A stretch of 52,467 nt of DNA, taken from assembly GCA_002790365.1 (NCBI GenBank), contig PFVA01000051.1, positions 1 through 52,467 on the forward strand, written 5' to 3'. How positions within the stretch are numbered: the stretch's first letter is position 1; each line of letters begins with the position of its first letter. The notes beneath the pieces are model-generated. The model did not search any database and was not told where the DNA came from. It saw only the letters and a program-made list of their open reading frames with translations. The stretch comes from Ignavibacteriales bacterium CG_4_9_14_3_um_filter_30_11. GTDB lineage: Bacteria; Bacteroidota; Ignavibacteria; Ignavibacteriales; Ignavibacteriaceae. Shown here piece after piece: positions 41,291-48,786 of this stretch. The position numbers and the translations under genes were made by a program.

Positions 41291-42802
41291 ATGTTAATGA
41301 AAAAGAGAGATTTAATTTTTATTGTGATTGGAGTAATCATTGGTATAGTAATATATCTGTTATTATTTAATAACAATAATAATGTTGATACAGTAAACTC
41401 TAAAAATTTAGTTACTAATAAAGAAAAAAAAGTACTTTACTGGAAAGCCCCAATGAATCCAAGTGAAGTTTATGATAAGCAAGGGAAATCAAGAATGGGA
41501 ATGGACCTTGTACCCGTTTACGAAGATGAAATTGGATCGGAAGGTATTGTAAAAATAGACGGTACCATTCAACAGAATATGAATGTAAAAACTGAGATTG
41601 TAAAAAAAGGTGAATTGAATTCATCAATTATTACAAACGGAATTTTGCAAACAGATGAAAGGAAAGAGTTTATTGTAACAACAAAGATTGGTGGTTGGGT
41701 TGAAAAGTTATTTATAAACTATACAGGGCAAGAAATAATAAAGGGTCAAAAATTGATAGATATTTATTCACCTAACTTGGTAGCTGCTCAGCAAGAATTT
41801 TTAACTGCAATTTCATATGGTGAAAATGTAGCAAATAGTAAAAATATTAATATTGCCAAATCAGGACATGACCTTATACAAAACAGTATTAAAAAACTGG
41901 AGTTACTGGATATATCAAGTAGTGAAATTGAAAGATTAAAAGAGACAAAACAAATTCAAAAGTATATGACTCTTTATGCACCTTTTGATGGAACGGTAAT
42001 TAGTAAAGAAGTAGTTGAAGGTGAAAAAATTATGCCCGGTACAATTATGTTAAAAATTGCAGATTTAAAAAACCTTTGGTTAATAGCCGATGTTTATGAA
42101 TATGAACTATCAAAAATAAAAGTTGGTGATTTGGCTAATATTACTTTTAATTTTTTGCCCGGTAAAATTTTTAACAGTAAAGTTACCTTCATTTATCCAA
42201 CATTGGATGAAAAGACCAGAACCGTAAAAGTTAGATTTGACATACCTAATTATAAAAATGAATTAAAACCTTCAATGTTTGCAACAATAGAAATCTCCGG
42301 TAAAAATATTGGAAATTATCCTCTTGTACCGGAACAAGCAATAATAAGAAGTGGGCAAAAAAATGTTGTTATTATATCTCTAGGTGATGGTAAATTTAGA
42401 CCAATTGAGGTTGAACTTGGTAATTATTCTAATGGTTACTATCAGGTTTTAAAAGGTATAGACGAAGGAACTACTATTGTTACATCTTCTCAATTCTTAA
42501 TCGACTCTGAAAGTAATTTGAAAGCAGCATTAAATCAATTTAAAGAAGAAAATACAAAAACTTATAAGCTCGGAATTATAGAAGACTCAACAATGAATGA
42601 TAGTGAATTAATAAGAAAAGGAATAATAAACTTAGAGATAATTGACGAAAACAAAGACGGAAAATTATTTCAAGATGTAATGGATTGGAATGTTATTTCT
42701 GATAAACCAGGTATCTGTCCAGAATGCGGTATGACTTTAAAAGAATTTAGTATTGACGAAATAAAAGAAAATCTTAAAAAAAATGGATACAAGTTTAAAT
42801 AA
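41291..42802 (+). CDS. cusB: CusB-like RND periplasmic adaptor with extra N- and C-terminal metal-binding-type modules
   Basis: HlyD/MFP core (barrel-sandwich, lipoyl and beta-barrel segments). N-terminal YWKAPMNPSEVYDKQGKSRMGMDLVP is an HMBD-like segment without Cys. C-terminal segment is DENKDGKLFQDVMDWNVISDKPGICPECGMTLKE. Confidence 0.85.
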   Translation: MLMKKRDLIFIVIGVIIGIVIYLLLFNNNNNVDTVNSKNLVTNKEKKVLYWKAPMNPSEVYDKQGKSRMGMDLVPVYEDEIGSEGIVKIDGTIQQNMNVKTEIVKKGELNSSIITNGILQTDERKEFIVTTKIGGWVEKLFINYTGQEIIKGQKLIDIYSPNLVAAQQEFLTAISYGENVANSKNINIAKSGHDLIQNSIKKLELLDISSSEIERLKETKQIQKYMTLYAPFDGTVISKEVVEGEKIMPGTIMLKIADLKNLWLIADVYEYELSKIKVGDLANITFNFLPGKIFNSKVTFIYPTLDEKTRTVKVRFDIPNYKNELKPSMFATIEISGKNIGNYPLVPEQAIIRSGQKNVVIISLGDGKFRPIEVELGNYSNGYYQVLKGIDEGTTIVTSSQFLIDSESNLKAALNQFKEENTKTYKLGIIEDSTMNDSELIRKGIINLEIIDENKDGKLFQDVMDWNVISDKPGICPECGMTLKEFSIDEIKENLKKNGYKFK

Positions 42803-42874
42803 TCTCTGTTTGCTCTGTGCACTCTGCGGTTAATATTTCTTTACCACCACAGAAAGCACAGAGAACCACAGAGA
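42803..42874 (+). repeat. Long imperfect G+C-rich hairpin built from three CTCTG(T/C)G / CACAGAG heptad units per arm
   Basis: Manual pairing gives tctctgt/acagaga (7 bp), ctctgtgc/gcacagag (8 bp), tctg/caga (4 bp) and ggt/acc (3 bp). It fills most of the cusB-cusA spacer just before the cusA GGAG. Confidence 0.7.
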
Positions 42875-42892
42875 AAATTATGGAGATTAAAA

Positions 42893-45800
42893 ATGACAAC
42901 AAACGGACAAAATAAAGAAGGATTTATTACAAAGACTATAGAATGGTCTATAAACAATAAATTGATGGTTATAATAATGACTGTAGCTTTATTGCTCGGA
43001 GGAATTTGGGCAATAATAAATACAGCTATAGATGCAATACCAGATCTAAGTGATGTGCAGGTAATAATATTTACAAAATATGACGGACAGGGTCCTCAAA
43101 TAGTTGAAGACCAAGTGACATATCCACTGACAACAAAAATGTTATCTGTTCCCTACGCAAAAGATGTAAGAGGATACTCGTTTTTCGGGTTCTCAATGGT
43201 CTATATAATTTTTGAAGACGGTACTGACCTTTATTGGGCACGAAGCAGGGTACTTGAATACTTAAGTTCGATGCGAAGCTCACTGCCCGAAGGGATTTCA
43301 CCAGAGTTAGGCCCGGATGCTACCGGATTAGGGTGGGTATATCAATACGCACTGACATCAAAAACTAAAAGTTTGCAGGAATTACGATCAATTCAGGATT
43401 GGTTTCTTCGATATGAATTGACCGCAATTCCAGGCGTTTCAGAAGTAGCAAGTATTGGAGGATATGTTAAACAGTACCAGGTTAATGTTGATCCCACCAA
43501 ATTAGCTTCTTATGATATTCCATTAAATAAAGTAAAGATGGCGATCAAAGAAAGCAACAATGATGTTGGCGGAAGGCTAATGGAAATGGGTGAAACCGAA
43601 TTTATGGTAAGAGGATTAGGATATATAAAAAGTGTAGACGATTTGAAAAATGTTGCAATTGGCAAAGATAAAAATAGTGGTACACCTATTTATTTAAGAG
43701 ATGTAGCCAACATAGATTTAGGCCCTGAACTAAGGAGAGGCTTAGCCGATTTAAATGGCGAAGGAGAAGTTGTAGGCGGAATAATTATTCAAAGATTTGG
43801 AGAAAATGGTTTAGAAGTAATTAATAAAGTAAAACAAAGACTGAAAGAATTACAGGCTTCGCTTCCACCCGATGTACAGATAGTGCCGGTATATGACAGA
43901 TCAACTTTAATCGAAAAAGCAGTTGACAATCTTGGCGATAAGCTTATAGAAGAGGGATTAATAGTTGCTTTAGTAATCATTCTTTTCCTTCTTCACATCC
44001 GTAGTTCACTTGTTGCAATTTTTACATTGCCCACGGCTGTTCTGGCAGCTTTGCTTGTGATGAAGCTCCAGGGACTCAATGCAAATATAATGTCGCTTGG
44101 TGGAATAGCTATTGCAATTGGCGCCATGGTGGATGCGGCAATAATAATGGTGGAGAACTCGCACTCCCATATTTTGCATAACCAACTTTTACCGATAGAA
44201 AAACAGAAGCCACACTGGGCGGTTATACTAGAATCATCCAAGGAAGTAGGACCATCAATATTTTATTCACTATTGGTTATCACAGTTTCATTCCTACCAG
44301 TATTTACGCTGGAAGCTCAGGAAGGAAGGTTATTCAAGCCGTTAGCATTTACCAAAACTTATTCAATGGCAGCAGGTGCAATTCTTGCAATTACGATTGT
44401 TCCTGTATTGATGGGTTACTTCATACGCGGTAAAATGAAGAAGGAAGATGAAAACCCTATAACAAGATTCTTAATGAATATATATCACCCAGTTGTAGAT
44501 TTTGTAATGAAAACACGCTGGTGGGTTATAGGAGTTTCAATAATTGTTGTTGCTATTACATATGTCCCCTTCTCACAGTTAGGCTCGGAGTTTATGCCTC
44601 CGCTTTATGAAGGAGACTTGTTGTATATGCCAACCACTCTGCCCGGAATTTCAATTACGAAAGCAAGGGAGATAATTCAGCAGACAGACAGGATTATTAA
44701 AACATTCCCTGAAGTTGAATCAGTATTCGGAAAAATTGGAAGGGCTGAAACCGCTACAGATCCCGCACCATTATCAATGGTAGAAACTACCATTCAATTA
44801 AGACCTCAGGATGAATGGCCTGATGGTATGACTGTTGATGATTTAATAAATAAAATGGATGCCGCTATTAAAATTCCAGGTCTCACTAATGCTTGGACAT
44901 TGCCAATTAAAACAAGAATTGACATGCTTTCAACCGGTATAAAAACTCCTGTTGGAATAAAAATTGGTGGACCAGATCTTAATATTCTTGAGAGAATCGG
45001 TAAAGAGATTGAACAAGTTACCAGATCAATCCCTGGTACAAGATCAGTATTTGCTGAAAGAGCTGTGGGTGGAAATTATATAGATTTTGAAATTGACAGA
45101 CAATCTATCGCAAGATATGGTTTAACAATAGGCGATGTTCAAAATGTTTTTATGTCTGCTGTTGGCGGAATGAATATTACAAAGACAGTGGAAGGGTTAG
45201 AAAGATATCCAGTTAACTTAAGATACCAGAGAGATTACAGAGAAAATATAGAAGCGCTAAAAAGAGTACTGGTACCATTACAGGGTGGTGGAAATATTCC
45301 ACTTGATGAGTTAGGTGATATAGAAATTAAAAAAGGACCCCCGGTAATAAAATCAGAAAATGCTAGACCAAACGCTTGGGTTTATATTGATATTGAAAAC
45401 ATTGATGTAGGTACTTATGTAAAGAATGCGCAGAAAATCATTAATGAAAAATTAATACTACCGCAGGGTTATTCAATAATATGGAGCGGACAATTTGAAT
45501 ATATGGAAAGTGCCGCAAAGAAATTAGCGTTAGTAATTCCCATAACATTATTATTAGTAATACTGCTTCTTTACTTCAACACTAAATCCTTTGTTAAAAC
45601 AGGAATCATTCTTCTTGCCCTTCCCTTTTCAATGGTTGGTGCTGTATGGTACCTTTACTTAGCTGGATTCAATTTAAGTGTTGCGGTCTGGGTCGGCATT
45701 ATAGCACTGCTTGGTGTCAGTGCAGAAACGGGAGTAGTAATGCTGCTCTATCTCGACATAGCATATGAAAACTGGAAGAAGAGGGGGGATTTAAAATCAT

Positions 45801-46066
45801 TTGCTGATTTACGATCATCCATATTCGAAGGAGCTGTTAAAAGAATTCGCCCTAAAATGATGACAGTACTTGTATTATTCTTTGGTTTACTCCCCATACT
45901 AATGGGGCACGGGGCTGGTGCTGATGTAATGAAACGAATTGCGGCTCCTATGGCAGGCGGTATTTTCACCAGTCTTCTTATGGAATTAACGATCTTCCCC
46001 GCAATTTTCTATGCACTTAAAAGAAGAGAAATGAAGAAGGAAAATATGTTATTAGTTGCAAACTAA
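42893..46066 (+). CDS. cusA: CusA/CzcA family heavy-metal efflux RND pump (Cu(I)/Ag(I) type)
   Basis: 1057 aa with GGIAIAIGAMVDAAIIMVEN and EFMPPLYEGDLLYMPTTLPG (CusA-type Met-containing cleft). GGAG lies 7 nt upstream of the start. Confidence 0.93.
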   Translation: MTTNGQNKEGFITKTIEWSINNKLMVIIMTVALLLGGIWAIINTAIDAIPDLSDVQVIIFTKYDGQGPQIVEDQVTYPLTTKMLSVPYAKDVRGYSFFGFSMVYIIFEDGTDLYWARSRVLEYLSSMRSSLPEGISPELGPDATGLGWVYQYALTSKTKSLQELRSIQDWFLRYELTAIPGVSEVASIGGYVKQYQVNVDPTKLASYDIPLNKVKMAIKESNNDVGGRLMEMGETEFMVRGLGYIKSVDDLKNVAIGKDKNSGTPIYLRDVANIDLGPELRRGLADLNGEGEVVGGIIIQRFGENGLEVINKVKQRLKELQASLPPDVQIVPVYDRSTLIEKAVDNLGDKLIEEGLIVALVIILFLLHIRSSLVAIFTLPTAVLAALLVMKLQGLNANIMSLGGIAIAIGAMVDAAIIMVENSHSHILHNQLLPIEKQKPHWAVILESSKEVGPSIFYSLLVITVSFLPVFTLEAQEGRLFKPLAFTKTYSMAAGAILAITIVPVLMGYFIRGKMKKEDENPITRFLMNIYHPVVDFVMKTRWWVIGVSIIVVAITYVPFSQLGSEFMPPLYEGDLLYMPTTLPGISITKAREIIQQTDRIIKTFPEVESVFGKIGRAETATDPAPLSMVETTIQLRPQDEWPDGMTVDDLINKMDAAIKIPGLTNAWTLPIKTRIDMLSTGIKTPVGIKIGGPDLNILERIGKEIEQVTRSIPGTRSVFAERAVGGNYIDFEIDRQSIARYGLTIGDVQNVFMSAVGGMNITKTVEGLERYPVNLRYQRDYRENIEALKRVLVPLQGGGNIPLDELGDIEIKKGPPVIKSENARPNAWVYIDIENIDVGTYVKNAQKIINEKLILPQGYSIIWSGQFEYMESAAKKLALVIPITLLLVILLLYFNTKSFVKTGIILLALPFSMVGAVWYLYLAGFNLSVAVWVGIIALLGVSAETGVVMLLYLDIAYENWKKRGDLKSFADLRSSIFEGAVKRIRPKMMTVLVLFFGLLPILMGHGAGADVMKRIAAPMAGGIFTSLLMELTIFPAIFYALKRREMKKENMLLVAN

Positions 46067-46139
46067 GACAAATAAAAATAAATAATTTTTGTTATTCTAT
46101 TATAAATAAACTAACATAAGCAAAACAAAAGGTGATAAA

Positions 46140-46622
46140 ATGAAAAACAAAATCTTCAACCCAATTTCTGTAATTGCATTAACAATATTTATACTGATAA
46201 GTATATCCTATTCTCAAACTAATGGTAACTCGAACAATAAAATAAAAGATCATAAACCAATAGATAAAAAAATAATTATGGATTCTTGTAAAATGATGAT
46301 GGATAAAGAACCAATGCCGGATTCTTGCAAAATGATGATGAAAAATTCAGAGCACAAAAAGATGATGAAAAACATGAAAGATAAGATGAATATGAAGGGC
46401 AAAACAAAAATGAAAACTGAAAATTCAATAGTAAGGGAAGGAGTTATCGACTTAGTTTCAATTGACCAAAACAAAGACGGTAAAGTATTTCAGGATGCAA
46501 TGGACTGGAATGTTATATCTGATAATCCCGGCAAATGCCCCTTATGCGGAATGAAACTCAAGGAAGTTTCTCTTGAAAAAGCTAAAGAGAATTTATTAAA
46601 TAACGGTTTCGAAGTTAATTAA
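46140..46622 (+). CDS. Secreted Met/Cys-rich protein with C-terminal CPxCGM heavy-metal-binding module
   Basis: Signal peptide, tandem DSCKMMM repeats and a KMMKNMKDKMNMKGKTKMK tract. The C-terminal DQNKDGKVFQDAMDWNVISDNPGKCPLCGMKLKE is paralogous to the CusB C-terminus. Confidence 0.75.
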   Translation: MKNKIFNPISVIALTIFILISISYSQTNGNSNNKIKDHKPIDKKIIMDSCKMMMDKEPMPDSCKMMMKNSEHKKMMKNMKDKMNMKGKTKMKTENSIVREGVIDLVSIDQNKDGKVFQDAMDWNVISDNPGKCPLCGMKLKEVSLEKAKENLLNNGFEVN

Positions 46623-46698
46623 TTATCAAATCTTTTACTAAAGTCTAATTTAATTTCAGGCTTTTGTAATTTAATAGGAACAACTTAAAAGGAACAAT

Positions 46699-47307
46699 AT
46701 GAAAAAGACATTTCTTTATTTCATCTTAATAAGCATTCTATTTATGGGAATTAATTTTGCACATGGTGATAAGAAACATAAAAAAGGACAGGATACTGTA
46801 ACGGTTGTTAACGGAGATACTATTGCTGTTAACGGTGTTATGGTTAATGATTCACTTTCTTTTGCAAATGGAACAATTGTACACGATAATTCTGAAGTGA
46901 CTGAAGATTTTGAATTAACTATTAAAGATGTTTTCTTGGAACATATTCATAACAAAATAATCCATTTTCCAATCGTACTGATAGTTATGTCTTTTTTCTT
47001 TTCATTATTTCAGTTTAAATACCAAAAATTTGATCATACCATAAAAGTTATGGTTTTATCGGCAGCCCTGTTTTCAATAATTGCATTTTTAACCGGAACA
47101 AATCAAATGGATCCATTTGAAGGAACTGCAAAAGATTGGCTTGTTCATTTACACAGAACATTTGGTATTGTAACTATTGCAACAATTGTAGTTTGGAGTA
47201 TCTTCCTTTTTGTAAATAAACTTAAAAAATATGCTTGGTTGATAGCTACATTAGCATTTTTAATAGTATCTGTTACAAGCTTTTTAGGCGGTGTAATTGC
47301 TCATTAA
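46699..47307 (+). CDS. DUF2231-like membrane protein with His-rich periplasmic N-terminal region
   Basis: Signal-like N-terminus, AHGDKKHKKG, then EHIHNKIIHFPIVL (the HFPI motif of DUF2231) and three further TM segments with LVHLHRTFG. Confidence 0.6.
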   Translation: MKKTFLYFILISILFMGINFAHGDKKHKKGQDTVTVVNGDTIAVNGVMVNDSLSFANGTIVHDNSEVTEDFELTIKDVFLEHIHNKIIHFPIVLIVMSFFFSLFQFKYQKFDHTIKVMVLSAALFSIIAFLTGTNQMDPFEGTAKDWLVHLHRTFGIVTIATIVVWSIFLFVNKLKKYAWLIATLAFLIVSVTSFLGGVIAH

Positions 47308-47392
47308 TTTTTTAAAAATTTATAAAATTAGAAGTGTTTGATCTTACAAATTAAATTATATTATAAATCACTACTAACCGACAAAAAAATAA

Positions 47393-47416
47393 GGAGCTAC
47401 TATAAGAAGTAGCTCC
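47393..47416 (-). terminator. Orphan terminator-like hairpin at the left edge of the IS remnant
   Basis: 9-bp stem ggagctact/agtagctcc with a 6-nt loop. On the minus strand it is followed by TTATTTTTTTG, and no T tract follows on the plus strand. Confidence 0.4.
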
Positions 47417-47462
47417 CGAATGTCGTAATTTTGTTGTAACCAAAAACAAACAAGAGAACGAG

Positions 47463-48106
47463 ATGGATAAAGATACGGAAATAAAATTTGTCGGACAGCC
47501 GATATTCGGACAAATACTAAAACTTATAGATAAGGCAACCATTATAAGTTTAGTAAAAGAGAAAATGAGTGATCATTACTATAAAACATTCAAAAGCTGG
47601 GATCAATGCTCTTTGGAATATTAAGCCGATGTGATTCAATGGGAGAAATATGCGAAGGATTGAAGGCATTAAGCGGAAAATTAAATCATCTTGGGCTGCA
47701 GAAAGCCCCGGCAAAAAGTACTGCAGGCGATGGCTTAAGAAGCCGAGATAGTTCATTTTTTGAGGCACTATATTATAAACTTGTAGAACAATATGAGAGT
47801 TTTCTGTCGGACAGCCGAACATACGGACTAACATTTAAAGAACTACTAATAATAGATTCATCTACAATCAGATTATTCAGCGATATCCTAAAAGGAGTAG
47901 GACGAAATCCGAAGAATGATGGGAAAAAGAAAGGTGGATTAAAGGTTCATATGCTAATAGATGCAGTGCAATCTGTTGCTAAGTTTGTGCATATAACAGC
48001 AGCAAAAGTGCACGACAAAAACTTTTTAACACAAATAACAGTACCCGCACATAGTATGTTGGTCTTTGATAGAGCATACAATTATTATAAACAATTTGCA
48101 AAATGG
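47463..48106 (+). mobile_element. Inactivated IS4-type (DUF4372 N-terminal domain) transposase remnant
   Basis: Frame 1 (47463-47624) encodes MDKDTEIKFVGQPIFGQILKLIDK...KSWDQ, which is DUF4372-like. The family sequence continues in another frame from 47606 ([11 protein letters not shown]...[10 protein letters not shown]...[10 protein letters not shown]...[10 protein letters not shown]). It then stops abruptly at about 48106, before the rest of the DDE domain. Confidence 0.75.
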
Positions 48107-48547
48107 GTAGCTGAAGAATTGGAATTGGATGATTATTTTGCAGAAGTTTTACCACATCAAAAATCTGAAAAAGTTAAAGAAATACAAAACAATGGATATA
48201 TAGTAGCAATGACTGGCGACGGGGTTAACGATGCACCGGCCTTAGCACAGGCAAATGTTGGTATTGCAATAGGAGCCGGTACAGATATAGCGGTTGAAAC
48301 TGCAGACACAGTTTTGGTTAAGAGCAATCCGCTGGATGTTTTAGCAATTATAAAATTAGCAAAAGCAACTTATAAAAAAATGGTTCAAAATTTAGTTTGG
48401 GCTACAGGTTATAATGCATTTGCTATTCCTCTTGCTGCTGGAGTTTTATACTCAGCGGGAATAGTTTTAAGCCCGGCATTAGGTGCTGTACTGATGAGCT
48501 TAAGCACAATTATAGTTGCAATAAATGCAAAGTTATTAAAGATATGA
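48107..48547 (+). pseudogene. copA: 3' fragment (about 145 codons) of a heavy-metal P-type ATPase (CopA-like), fused in frame to the transposase remnant
   Basis: [50 protein letters not shown] and two C-terminal TM helices. The actuator, CPC and phosphorylation (DKTGT) regions are absent. Confidence 0.85.
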
Positions 48548-48646
48548 AATGTGAATTTTATTTTTTAATTATTTTACTAAAAATATTTTTTTTGTTGATA
48601 TTGAAACAAAAATGTAACTAATTATTATTTAATTTGAGATGTAAAT

Positions 48647-48745
48647 ATGAAAATATTTGTGCTAATTGTAATACTAGCGTTTGTAATTGGTTTATTGATC
48701 AGAAAATTTAGAAATGCACAAAAAGGTAAAGATTGTTGCAAGTAA
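48647..48745 (+). CDS. 32-aa single-TM peptide ending in KDCCK (FeoB-associated Cys-rich / CcoS-like small membrane protein type)
   Basis: Found by eye and not in the ORF track: MKIFVLIVILAFVIGLLIRKFRNAQKGKDCCK. It lies 99 nt after the ATPase fragment, where small maturation peptides often follow P-type ATPases. Confidence 0.35.
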   Translation: MKIFVLIVILAFVIGLLIRKFRNAQKGKDCCK

Positions 48746-48752
48746 TAAATAA

Positions 48753-48786
48753 TTAATAACTGATGTTACGCAAAGCTGAAAGATGA
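48753..48786. repeat. Copy 2 (reverse complement) of the 34-nt repeat at 42-75
   Basis: ttaataactgatgttacgcaaagctgaaagatga is the exact reverse complement of 42-75. Here it lies within an aataact/agttatt 7-bp stem followed by a T6 run. Confidence 0.9.

Noticed and set aside
42644-42679. The DENKDGKLFQDV / DQNKDGKVFQDA loop as an EF-hand Ca2+ site
   Set aside because: Positions 1, 3, 5 and 6 fit the D-x-N-x-D-G pattern, but position 12 is Val/Ala rather than Glu/Asp. There is a single loop without flanking EF helices. It is more likely part of the HMBD-type module.
42803-42874. Heptad repeats in the cusB-cusA spacer as a mini CRISPR array
   Set aside because: The units are 7-9 nt, contiguous, and arranged as two complementary arms. 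There are no spacers and no cas genes.
40546-46474. Minus-strand ORFs within cusC, cusB, cusA and the Met-rich protein gene (40546-40791, 41415-41627, 43071-43301, 43789-43980, 43993-44241, 45748-45969, 46250-46474)
   Set aside because: They are antisense to strongly supported plus-strand genes and have no family resemblance.
47351-47834. Minus-strand ORFs 47351-47542 and 47550-47834
   Set aside because: They are antisense to the IS4-type transposase remnant, whose plus-strand frames carry the recognisable DUF4372/DDE family residues.
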